15,077 nucleotides of DNA from a bacterium (GTDB lineage: Bacteria; Hinthialibacterota; Hinthialibacteria; Hinthialibacterales; Hinthialibacteraceae). Each line of letters begins with the position of its first letter. The first letter of the stretch is position 1. The notes under the pieces were generated by a model, which did not search any database, was not told the DNA's origin, and saw only the letters and a list, made by a program, of their open reading frames with translations. This document shows, in pieces, positions 1 through 8,296 of this stretch. Where the stretch lies: NCBI GenBank assembly GCA_963663405.2, contig CAXXSM010000128.1:1-15077 (forward strand). The letters run 5' to 3'. The translations under genes were made by a program, and so were the position numbers.

Positions 1-1
1 G

Positions 2-1321
2 ACGCCGAAGAGAACACCATCACCGACGCTTCTTCCCCTCCCGTCTCCGACGAACACCCGTACGCCCTTCCAATTTCCGACAATCGCGCCCACGCCGTCC
101 CACACACCCACGATGGGATTGACGCCCACGCCCAGCCGGACATTCACTCCTACCGCCACGCGCACGGCTACGCCTGGCTCCTCTTCGAATTCCGCAATCG
201 TGATCTATTGGGATTATCAGGGAACGAGTGTGAATGAAAACCTCTTGATTGACTCGCATGTTTTCGTGCAGGTCAATCAGAGCGGCGCCTATGAGTATCT
301 CGGACGTGTGGGGAATAAAACGGATCGCTCATTTGTCTGGAAACATGGTGAAGGGATTCTCTCGTCAAAATACAAGGCGGGACCGGATCTTCAAAACAAC
401 TATCAGTTCAAGATTTATGCGATCTTCAATGGTCAGAATCCAAGTTGGTTAGGCCCCTTGGATATCGTCTACCGTGTCGACCGCTTTCCATCCGGAGACG
501 CGGCGACCGTAACTCCCACCCCTTCCCCCACATCCCTTCCAGCGATTGTGTTGTATTGGGATTATCAACGAACGCTCGTAAATACGAACGATTTACGAGA
601 TTCGCATATTTATGTGCAAACAAATAATAAAGGCCCGTATGAATATCTAGGCCGCGCCGGTGGGGGAAATAAACGCGCGTTTTTATGGAAAAAAGACGCA
701 GGATTTCTATCCGCGAAATACAAAGCGGGGCCGGACCTTCAACAGGTTTACCGATTCCAGATCTATGCGATCACGCTCAGCGGGAATCCTTCTTATTATG
801 GGCCACTGACCACTATCATTCATCGAATTGACCAGTTTCCACCAGGTGACGCGGTGATTGACACACCCACACCGGTTCGGACCGTCTGGCCGGCGCCTAC
901 GGCGACGTATACCCCTACGCCTGTGCCTTCACATACCCCAACACCCTCTCTAACGCCTTCAGGGAAACCGCCTTCCACAGATCCGGCGATGGTGATTTAT
1001 TGGGATTACACCTGGTCGAATGTAGAACCCAGTGTTCTGAAAGATTCTCATCTTTATGTTGAAGTCAATGAAAGCGGTGTCTTTGAGTATCTTGGACGGA
1101 CGGGAAATCCGGACAGCCGGACATTTGTCTGGAAAGCGGACAGTGGATTTCTTTCCCGCCGTTTCATCGATGGGCCAAAGCGTGATGAGACCTATTCGTT
1201 CCGGATCTATGCGATTATGGACGGTTGGACAATCGGCCCTCTACGCGCCGTTCACCGGATTGACACATTTTGGTTGGGGAATGAGATTGTGTTGACTCCC
1301 ACTCCGACGCGGTTCCCTTAG
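2..1321 (+). CDS. 5'-truncated large Pro/Thr-rich surface/secreted protein with three tandem ~100-aa beta-rich domains
   Basis: The frame of ORF 113..1321 is open back to base 2 (TPKRTPSPTLLPLPSPTNTRTPFQFPTIAPTPSHTPT-MG...), so the real start lies upstream of the window. PT/TP-rich linkers separate three homologous domains beginning A(I/M)V(I/L)YWDY. Stop TAG at 1319-1321. Confidence 0.85.
   Translation, partial: TPKRTPSPTLLPLPSPTNTRTPFQFPTIAPTPSHTPTMGLTPTPSRTFTPTATRTATPGSSSNSAIVIYWDYQGTSVNENLLIDSHVFVQVNQSGAYEYLGRVGNKTDRSFVWKHGEGILSSKYKAGPDLQNNYQFKIYAIFNGQNPSWLGPLDIVYRVDRFPSGDAATVTPTPSPTSLPAIVLYWDYQRTLVNTNDLRDSHIYVQTNNKGPYEYLGRAGGGNKRAFLWKKDAGFLSAKYKAGPDLQQVYRFQIYAITLSGNPSYYGPLTTIIHRIDQFPPGDAVIDTPTPVRTVWPAPTATYTPTPVPSHTPTPSLTPSGKPPSTDPAMVIYWDYTWSNVEPSVLKDSHLYVEVNESGVFEYLGRTGNPDSRTFVWKADSGFLSRRFIDGPKRDETYSFRIYAIMDGWTIGPLRAVHRIDTFWLGNEIVLTPTPTRFP
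194..1285 (+). repeat. Three intragenic protein-domain repeats (194-502, 542-853, 986-1285)
   Basis: Shared pattern AxVxYWDY-x9-DSHxxVxxNxxGxxEYLGRxG-x4-RxFxWK-x3-GxLSxxxxxGP-x5-YxFxIYAI...GPL...RxDxF in all three copies, separated by PT-rich spacers. Confidence 0.9.
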
Positions 1322-1377
1322 TAATTATACTATTGAACATTGTCATTCCGTTATGAAATTCCTAGGAGAATCATTGG

Positions 1378-2664
1378 ATGTTGGAAATCGCGTTGACCTT
1401 ATTCGGACTTTTTTTTCTATTTCTGTTTCTCGAAGTTCCTGTGGCGGTGAGCCTGGGATTGTCCGCCGTCTCCACGATTTTCTTCTTTCAATTGGAAGAC
1501 CCGGTTATCATCGCTCAGCAGATTTTTTCCGCGTTCGATTCTTTTACGTTGCTCGCGATTCCACTCTTTCTCTTCGCCGGTCATTTATTGGGAGAGAGCG
1601 GTCTCGCGCCGCGGCTTTTGGATTTAGTCATGGTCTGCGTTGGCGGTTTGCGGGGAGGCGTCGCGATCGTCACCGTAATCGTTTCGCTTCTCTTCGCGGG
1701 TATCAGCGGCTCCGGACCGGCTGACGTCGCCGCGCTGGGTACGCTGTTGTTCCCACTCCTCAAAGAATCCGGATTTCCCGCGCGCCGGTCCGCCGCATTG
1801 ATCGCCGCTGGGGGAGGGATTGGAATCATCGTCCCACCCAGTATCGCGCTGATTGTGTATGGCGTCGTCGCGGAGACATCAATCAATCATTTATTCATCG
1901 CGGGCATTGTTCCGGGAATCCTCGTCAGTCTTTCCTTGATTGGCGCCGTGTTGATCCTCGCGCGGGGAACGCAGCCACCGAAAGACAAACCGCCCTTAAC
2001 GTTCCCTGTGATCGGTGGAGCGGCGCTGGCGTTTGTCGCGCCGGTAATTATCCTGGGAGGGATCTATTGGGGAATTTTTACGCCGACGGAATCAGCCGGG
2101 GCGGCGGTATTATATATCTTGCTGGCCGACACGCTCTTCTACCGGCGTTTGTTGAAAAAGGGCGTTCTATTCGATTTATTGATCCGCGCGGGGCGGGGAG
2201 CGGCCCAAATTCTCTTTATCATCGCCGGGGCGTCGCTGTTCTCCTGGGTCCTGCATCATACCCAATTAACAGAACATTTGGGACAAATGATTCTACGGAT
2301 CAGCGAGAACTGGATCGTCCTGCTGCTATTGATCAACGCATTCCTGCTGATGGTGGGGTGTTTCATCGACGCGATATCAATCATCTATATTTTCACACCC
2401 ATTTTTTTACCGGTATTAACGCACGCCGGGATCGATCCGGTTCACTTTGGGATTGTGTTAACGATCAATCTAGCCATTGGTCAAATTACGCCGCCGGTGG
2501 GCGTGAACCTTTTCGTCGCGTCAACCTTTTCCAAACTGGACGTCGGAACGATCGGCTGGGCGGTGCTGCCGTTTGTCTTCGCGGAAGCGGCTGCTTTGTT
2601 TGTCGCCGCATTCATTCCCCCTCTTTCGCTGTTCCTGCCGAATTTATTGTTGGGCGTCAAATAA
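1378..2664 (+). CDS. dctM: TRAP transporter large permease subunit
   Basis: 428 aa, highly hydrophobic. Motifs LLAIPLFLFAG, FAGISGSGPADVAALG, IIVPPSIALIVYG, GIFTPTESA, GIDPVHFGI, GQITPPVGVNLFVA are typical of DctM. AGGAG RBS at 1364-1368. Confidence 0.93.
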   Translation: MLEIALTLFGLFFLFLFLEVPVAVSLGLSAVSTIFFFQLEDPVIIAQQIFSAFDSFTLLAIPLFLFAGHLLGESGLAPRLLDLVMVCVGGLRGGVAIVTVIVSLLFAGISGSGPADVAALGTLLFPLLKESGFPARRSAALIAAGGGIGIIVPPSIALIVYGVVAETSINHLFIAGIVPGILVSLSLIGAVLILARGTQPPKDKPPLTFPVIGGAALAFVAPVIILGGIYWGIFTPTESAGAAVLYILLADTLFYRRLLKKGVLFDLLIRAGRGAAQILFIIAGASLFSWVLHHTQLTEHLGQMILRISENWIVLLLLINAFLLMVGCFIDAISIIYIFTPIFLPVLTHAGIDPVHFGIVLTINLAIGQITPPVGVNLFVASTFSKLDVGTIGWAVLPFVFAEAAALFVAAFIPPLSLFLPNLLLGVK

Positions 2665-2757
2665 AGACAGAAAAAGAGAGAATTCGGTTACTGTCCAAAC
2701 CGTTTTGTGATATATACATAGATACAGAAATTCGTCAGGAGCAAATCTTTCGTCCTT

Positions 2758-5691
2758 ATGATTAAAAAAAACAGTTTCGCTTTACTATGGTATCTCTTTG
2801 TTGTTGTATCAATGGCGCCCGCGGCTGATAACGTAGTTATCAATGAAATACACTATCATCCAATCGATGACGCGCCAACGGAATTTATAGAACTCTACAA
2901 TCCAACCACGGCGCCGGTTGATGTATCCAATTATGCCTTTATTGACGGTATCTCATTTACAATTCCCGGCGGGACAGTCATCCCATCCAAAGGCTTTTTG
3001 CTCGTCGTTCAAGACCCATCCAGCAATGAATGGCGCGGCTTATCAAAAACAGGGCCCTACATCGGTAAACTATCGAATCAAGGTGAAGAGATTGTTCTCC
3101 GCGCGCCGGATGGGCGTACGATCGATAGTTTTTCCTATAGCGACTATTCCCCCTGGCCGCGAGGCGCGGATGGATATGGTTCATCTCTTGAACGCATTGA
3201 TCCCGATCTAAATTCGAATGACTATCATTCCTGGCGCGCCTCTCTCGAAGAAGGAGGGACACCGGGTAAACAGAACTCGGTCATTAATGTTCCTCACAAG
3301 CCGGTCCTCTTAAGTTACCAGACGATCCCCGCGTTTCCCACGTCCAAGAAGCCTATTCAAATTCAAGTCTTTCTTGATGGGGCGGAGGATATCCAAGACG
3401 CGGAGTTACGCATTGAAACCGTAACTACAAATAGCAGAGACGCCTCTTCTTTCACGGCGCCGATGACACGAATGGAAGAGAGCGTTGATATCGTAAAGTA
3501 CAACGCGGATATAACCGCGCAACCTTCGCAAACGCTGGTTCGGTTCAGCATTGATGTAACGCTTGTCAATGGAAACCACCTGCGCCTGCCGCACGTTTCC
3601 GAGCCTCGTCCTTTTGAGTCGTTTTTCGTTTACGACAACGACATCCCATCTAAATTGCCGATACTATGGATGTTCCCGCCGCGGACGACCAAACTATCCA
3701 GTCAGTTGAAAATTGTAACGGGCGTTGCGATCAAACCGCTGGATCAAGATTTTGTTTCCGTATACGACTGCGCGGCGATCACCGATTCCCGCAATGGACA
3801 AAAAGTAAAATTCTTAAAAGGGGAAGAACACCGGGGGGACCGGACGCTAAATATCAGTCTCGAATCCCCCCTTGAAGGAACCACCGCCGGCCCTCAATCC
3901 CCACATGTGGAACATATATCCTACCGCTTATTTGGTGATTTCGGCGTTTTGACCCTGCGTTGTGATTGGTATCGGGTGATTGCAAGAGGCGGTCACGAAC
4001 AGCGGATCGCCGTACAGCAGCCAAATGAACAATTTATAAAAATGAACGGCCGGGACAGCGATGGAAATATATACAAAATCGCATACAACGAGCCGGGCGG
4101 TTATTCTAAGAAAACAAACATCTATGAAGACCACAGCGACTATCAAGAACTCTTTCAATATGTCAATATCAATAACAATAGAAACTTGGCCGAATCCTTG
4201 CGGAAATATTTAGCGATTGAAGAAGTGATGGGCTATGAAGTGGCGTTAAATCTATTGAGCCATTGGGATGGGATCAAGAACAACATCTTTCTCTATCACA
4301 ATCCGGAGCCGATCGATCGATGGGAGATCATCCCTTGGGATGTGGATAAAACCTTTGGGTATACCGACTCCGATCCGATGTTTTGGAAGATGCCGATTGA
4401 TTTTCCTTTGACGGGAGACGCGCCCGGCTCTCCTGAACTCATCAGCAGAAATCTAGTCGGTCCGATTGGACGCCCCTTCCATATGGATTCAGAATTGCAC
4501 CAGGAATACAAAAAACGTGTCGAGGAAGCGTTATCAGGCTTATTCTCGATCGAACGTGTTGAGGGAATGATCCAAGAGGCCGAAGATTTACTGAATGAGG
4601 ATTTGGATCTAATCGAGAGTTATACAGGAATGACGCGCAGCAGCCGCCGCAATCAAATCAAGGAATCCTATGATACCATGCGAACGTTCCTATACCGGCG
4701 CCATGAATATCTGCGTTCGCAGTTGCCCACTTCGTTCACGTTTACGCGGAAGACGCCGCGCCAATCCTTCCATGCGGGTGAAACACTCGCGGGGAATGAA
4801 CTGGAAGTAACCTCACGGGAGGGGAATCCCATTCACCTGACGGTGGCAGAAAATATTCCAAACGGTTTTTCAGTGACTTATGTTCATACAGACACAGGGA
4901 CGTTCCAGGTTATAAATGGTTCAATCGTCTGGGAGTTAACGGATGTAACCGGCGCGGCGGTTCTGACATATGACATCACCGCGCACGCTTCCAATCCTCC
5001 GCTGACCACCCAAATCACAGGAACAATTCTCGAAGATGAAGTGAGTTACTCCACGGGTATGGTCGAACTGAACTATCTGCCTGAAAACGAAGATGAACTC
5101 GGCGCCGATTGGACGATCGGCGCCGGCGAATGGACGGTGATTGACGGTGTCTTGAACTGCCGGTCGAACACATCCGATGATCCCAAACACGTTTGGATCG
5201 AGCGGGACTTTGGCGTGAGTGATTATATCGTCAAAGCCGATGTGCGCATGATGAATTGGGTGGATACGGATTATGCCCGGTCCGGCGCCGCTGTGTGCGT
5301 CAATCCAGCGGATAATGAGAACGCGTTGAACATCGTCCTTCATGAGGATTTGGGCAGCGTCGACCTGTTGAACGATCACGTGATGTGGGGAACAAGAGAG
5401 TCGTATTCCTGGGAGATCGGAGAATGGTATACAATGACACTCCAATTGGTTGGAACCGTTCTAAAAGGAAGCATTAAAAAAACCGGAACGGCGGAAAATC
5501 CCTATCCCATAACATGGAATGAATCACGCAATACGTCACGCGCGCCGGGTTATCCTGGATTGACCGGTCCCTCACTCGATGGATTAACGGCGCAATTCGA
5601 TAACTTTGAAGTCATCGTCGATGGGAACGTGGTTTTCTCAGACGACTTTAATCGAAACGTCGCCGTGCAAAATTGGGAACTGCACGATTGA
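2758..5691 (+). CDS. Secreted multidomain protein: lamin-tail domain + Ig-like + CotH-family kinase + DUF11-like Ig + C-terminal ConA-like beta-sandwich
   Basis: Sec signal MIKKNSFALLWYLFVVVSMAPA-A. Lamin-tail signature VVINEIHYHP...EFIELYN...LSNQGEEIVL...WPRGADGYGSSLERID...GGTPGKQNS. CotH motifs HWDGIKNNIFLY...WEIIPWDVDKTFG (~4260-4360). VAENIPNGFSV...IVWEL...LTYDIT resembles DUF11-type Ig. WTIGAGEWTV...GEWYTMTL...AQFDNFEV resembles a ConA/DUF1080-like sandwich. Confidence 0.85.
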   Translation: MIKKNSFALLWYLFVVVSMAPAADNVVINEIHYHPIDDAPTEFIELYNPTTAPVDVSNYAFIDGISFTIPGGTVIPSKGFLLVVQDPSSNEWRGLSKTGPYIGKLSNQGEEIVLRAPDGRTIDSFSYSDYSPWPRGADGYGSSLERIDPDLNSNDYHSWRASLEEGGTPGKQNSVINVPHKPVLLSYQTIPAFPTSKKPIQIQVFLDGAEDIQDAELRIETVTTNSRDASSFTAPMTRMEESVDIVKYNADITAQPSQTLVRFSIDVTLVNGNHLRLPHVSEPRPFESFFVYDNDIPSKLPILWMFPPRTTKLSSQLKIVTGVAIKPLDQDFVSVYDCAAITDSRNGQKVKFLKGEEHRGDRTLNISLESPLEGTTAGPQSPHVEHISYRLFGDFGVLTLRCDWYRVIARGGHEQRIAVQQPNEQFIKMNGRDSDGNIYKIAYNEPGGYSKKTNIYEDHSDYQELFQYVNINNNRNLAESLRKYLAIEEVMGYEVALNLLSHWDGIKNNIFLYHNPEPIDRWEIIPWDVDKTFGYTDSDPMFWKMPIDFPLTGDAPGSPELISRNLVGPIGRPFHMDSELHQEYKKRVEEALSGLFSIERVEGMIQEAEDLLNEDLDLIESYTGMTRSSRRNQIKESYDTMRTFLYRRHEYLRSQLPTSFTFTRKTPRQSFHAGETLAGNELEVTSREGNPIHLTVAENIPNGFSVTYVHTDTGTFQVINGSIVWELTDVTGAAVLTYDITAHASNPPLTTQITGTILEDEVSYSTGMVELNYLPENEDELGADWTIGAGEWTVIDGVLNCRSNTSDDPKHVWIERDFGVSDYIVKADVRMMNWVDTDYARSGAAVCVNPADNENALNIVLHEDLGSVDLLNDHVMWGTRESYSWEIGEWYTMTLQLVGTVLKGSIKKTGTAENPYPITWNESRNTSRAPGYPGLTGPSLDGLTAQFDNFEVIVDGNVVFSDDFNRNVAVQNWELHD

Positions 5692-5733
5692 AAAAATCAG
5701 GCGGATTTTCTAATTGGGCGCCCTGGGTAAGTA

Positions 5734-5764
5734 CCGGCGCTTGCGCCGGAGCCTTTACTTTTTT
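5734..5764 (+). terminator. Probable intrinsic terminator between convergent genes
   Basis: CCGGCG-CTTG-CGCCGG hairpin (5734-5749, CUUG tetraloop) followed by AGCCTTTACTTTTTT. CCTGGG (~5722) and CCCAGG (~5768) could form an outer stem. Confidence 0.6.
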
Positions 5765-5802
5765 CCGCCCAGGTGTAATTCCATCCAACTTTTCATCAGC
5801 GC

Positions 5803-5997
5803 TTATAGTAAATCCTTATGAATTTGCACGAATTTCCGGAACGAACGATCGTAGGTTTTTTCCACTTCGGGAGGAAAGCAGCATGCGGGCAGTTGATCCA
5901 TTTTCAAATGATAGTCAAGGCACTCACAGCATTTATCCCGATGGGAACAACCGGAGTAAGTGCAGGTACAGCGGACGGTATTGGAACAATCACTCAT
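5803..5997 (-). CDS. Small Cys/His-rich protein, DUF6485-like (probable metal binding)
   Basis: CTCTYSGCSHRDKCCECLDYH...QLPACCFPPEVEKTYDRS matches my recollection of the DUF6485 pattern. ATG at 5997 follows a GGAG; the alternative start is 6009. Confidence 0.8.
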   Translation of the reverse strand: MSDCSNTVRCTCTYSGCSHRDKCCECLDYHLKMDQLPACCFPPEVEKTYDRSFRKFVQIHKDLL

Positions 5998-6074
5998 CGT
6001 TTTCTCCATAGACTATAATGAATCCTTAATATACTAATTATGCTTACTATACCGCAACCAAGAAAATCATAAAG

Positions 6075-6851
6075 ATGAGAAATAATCCAGATTGGCGTCT
6101 TCAATTTTTCAATCATCCCGACTACCTCGCCCTTTACAGCGATATGACCGCGCCCTCGCGGACGCAGTTGGAATTGGGATTCTGCGATCGAACCCTGGGC
6201 TGGGAAACAGGGGACTCCATCCTTGACGCGCCGACCGGCGCGGGGCGCCATGCGATCGAATTAGCCAAGCGGGGACACACCGTTACAGGCCTGGATCTCT
6301 CCCCCTACCTATTAAGCCAAGCGAAACGGCAATGCCACGATACATTCGAAGCGGAACAGCAGCGGCCCGTGTTTGTCCGGGGATTGATGCAGCGACTTCC
6401 CTTTCAAACCGGCCGGTTTAAATTCATCATCTGCCTTTTCAGCAGTTTCGGTTACGGCGAGTCCGAAGAGGAGAACCAAATAGTAATGAATGAATTCGCG
6501 CGGGTTCTGCGGCCCGGCGGCAAAGTATTGATCGATGTCATGAACCGGCATTACATCGTGCCGCGATTGAATAAAGTCTACGAATCGGTGCGGGAGGGCC
6601 TGTCTGTGATCGAAGAGCGGACACTGAGTCAAAACAAACGCCGTCTGCGCAATCAGATCACCGTGAAAGACACCAATGGAAACAAACGGCGGTATATTTA
6701 CAAACCGTGGCTGTTCAATGGATGGGAACTGTCATGGCACGCGGCGAAGGCCGGGCTTACGGTGAATGGAATCTACGGGAATTTTCGCGGGGAAGCCTAT
6801 CATGTCGAAAGTGAACGCGCCATGCTGACCGCTCAAAAACCAATCATTTAA
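6075..6851 (+). CDS. Class I SAM-dependent methyltransferase
   Basis: ILDAPTGAGRHA (motif I), VTGLDLS, ICLFSSFGY, RVLRPGGKVLIDV. Confidence 0.9.
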   Translation: MRNNPDWRLQFFNHPDYLALYSDMTAPSRTQLELGFCDRTLGWETGDSILDAPTGAGRHAIELAKRGHTVTGLDLSPYLLSQAKRQCHDTFEAEQQRPVFVRGLMQRLPFQTGRFKFIICLFSSFGYGESEEENQIVMNEFARVLRPGGKVLIDVMNRHYIVPRLNKVYESVREGLSVIEERTLSQNKRRLRNQITVKDTNGNKRRYIYKPWLFNGWELSWHAAKAGLTVNGIYGNFRGEAYHVESERAMLTAQKPII

Positions 6852-6945
6852 CTCGCTGACCGCTAGCGAGATGGTGAAGATCTATATACCATAGAGAAAT
6901 ACGGAAAATCGTGGATTAACAAACGGATTGAAGGAGGACTCGATC

Positions 6946-8274
6946 GTGAAACGCCGTGAATGGATGAGCCTATTCGCCGCCGGGGGAATCGGAATGGGGG
7001 CGCTGCAAAGCCGCGCTGAAGAGAAAAGCGCCTCGAATTGGAATTCATCAGGAGTTAAAATCACCGATATCAAAGTCGTGCTGACAGCGCCGGAGCGGAT
7101 ACGCCTAGTCGTTGTCAAAGTCGAAACCAGCGAACCAGGCCTTTATGGGTGGGGATGCGCGACATTCACCCAGCGGCCCCTCACTGTAAAAACCGCCGTC
7201 GAAGAATATCTCCGGCCGTTTCTTATCGGCAAAGATCCATCCAACATCGAAGACATCTGGCAGTCCTGTTACGTAAGCAGCTATTGGCGCAACGGCCCTG
7301 TGCTCAATAACGCGATCAGTGGCGTAGAGATGGCGTTGTGGGACATCAAAGGCAAAATGGCGGACATGCCGGTCTATCAGCTTTTAGGGGGCAAGTGCCG
7401 CTTCGCCGCCGATCTCTACGCGCACGCGTCGGGACGGGATTTCAACCAAGTGGAGGACCGGGTACGGCAATGGATGGAAAAAGGATACCGGCACGTCCGC
7501 ATTCAGTGTTCTGTGCCGGGATACAGCGCTTATGGAGCCGCCTCCGCGCGAAGAAATATCGCTGAAAATTTACCCCCCGAAACTTCCGTCTTCGAACCGG
7601 CGGCGTATGTCCGCATTGTGCCGAAACTCTTCGAACATATACGAACCAACCTGGGCGATGAAATTGAACTGCTTCATGACATTCACGAACGAGTTTCCCC
7701 CGCGCAGGCGGTTCAACTGGCGAAAGACTTGGAACCTTACCGCCTGTTTTTCCTCGAAGATCCCGTCCCACCGGAAGAGATCGATCATTTCCGGCTGATC
7801 CGCCAACAATGCGCGACGCCGATTGCGATGGGAGAACTCTACAACAATCCCCACGAGTGGACTGGATTGATTTCCGAGCGCCTGATTGATTTCATCCGCG
7901 TGCACCTCTCTCAAGCGGGTGGCATGAGCGTCGGAAGAAAAATCGCCGCCCTCGCCGAGTGGTTCGGCGTCAAAACCGCCTGGCACGGTCCGGGCGACCT
8001 TTCCCCCTTCGGGCAAGCGGCCAATGTGGCGCTCGATTTATCATGTTATAATTTCGGTATTCAAGAACAGCACATCTTTAATGACGCGGCTCACGAGGTG
8101 TTTCCCGGTTGTTTAAAAATCGAGAACGGCTATATGTACGCGAACGAAGCGCCTGGCTGGGGCATCGATCTGGATGAGGAAAAAGCCAAGCAATACCCCT
8201 TCCCCGAATCACCCAGCTTCGATCGATTCTGGGGCAATGTGCGCCGCCGCGACGGAACCATAGTGAGACCGTAA
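6946..8274 (+). CDS. Enolase-superfamily (mandelate racemase subgroup) acid-sugar dehydratase, ManD/RspA/galactonate dehydratase-like, with twin-arginine-like leader
   Basis: AAGGAGG at 6931-6937 points to a GTG start at 6946 (MKRREWMSLFAAGGIGMGALQSRA). Motifs YWRNGPVLNNAISGVEMALWDIKGK, PVYQLLGG, metal ligands LHDIHER / FLEDP / MGEL, WHGPGDLSP, PGWGIDLDE. Confidence 0.88.
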   Translation: MKRREWMSLFAAGGIGMGALQSRAEEKSASNWNSSGVKITDIKVVLTAPERIRLVVVKVETSEPGLYGWGCATFTQRPLTVKTAVEEYLRPFLIGKDPSNIEDIWQSCYVSSYWRNGPVLNNAISGVEMALWDIKGKMADMPVYQLLGGKCRFAADLYAHASGRDFNQVEDRVRQWMEKGYRHVRIQCSVPGYSAYGAASARRNIAENLPPETSVFEPAAYVRIVPKLFEHIRTNLGDEIELLHDIHERVSPAQAVQLAKDLEPYRLFFLEDPVPPEEIDHFRLIRQQCATPIAMGELYNNPHEWTGLISERLIDFIRVHLSQAGGMSVGRKIAALAEWFGVKTAWHGPGDLSPFGQAANVALDLSCYNFGIQEQHIFNDAAHEVFPGCLKIENGYMYANEAPGWGIDLDEEKAKQYPFPESPSFDRFWGNVRRRDGTIVRP

Positions 8275-8296
8275 TAACTAGAATCGAGGTAGAATT

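Noticed and set aside
1-1321. PT-coding repeats as a CRISPR array, VNTR or diversity-generating retroelement target
   Set aside because: The repeats are degenerate at DNA level and conserved only as protein. There are no fixed-length direct repeats with spacers, no adenine-specific variant pair and no reverse transcriptase in the window.
2067-2765. 232-aa alternative-frame ORF overlapping dctM, plus other shadow ORFs (e.g. 1353..1724, 4936..5445, 7570..8016, 11621..12106)
   Set aside because: They overlap well-supported genes, have low-information or implausible composition and show no recognisable motifs.
5673-6018. Plus-strand ORFs 5673..6011 and 5818..6018
   Set aside because: They are antisense to the better-supported Cys-rich gene, and the longer one runs through the terminator hairpin.
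6075-6851. Methyltransferase as BioC because bioB is nearby
   Set aside because: It lacks the BioC-like features I would expect, resembles generic CLFSSFGY-type methyltransferases, and is separated from bioB by two unrelated genes.
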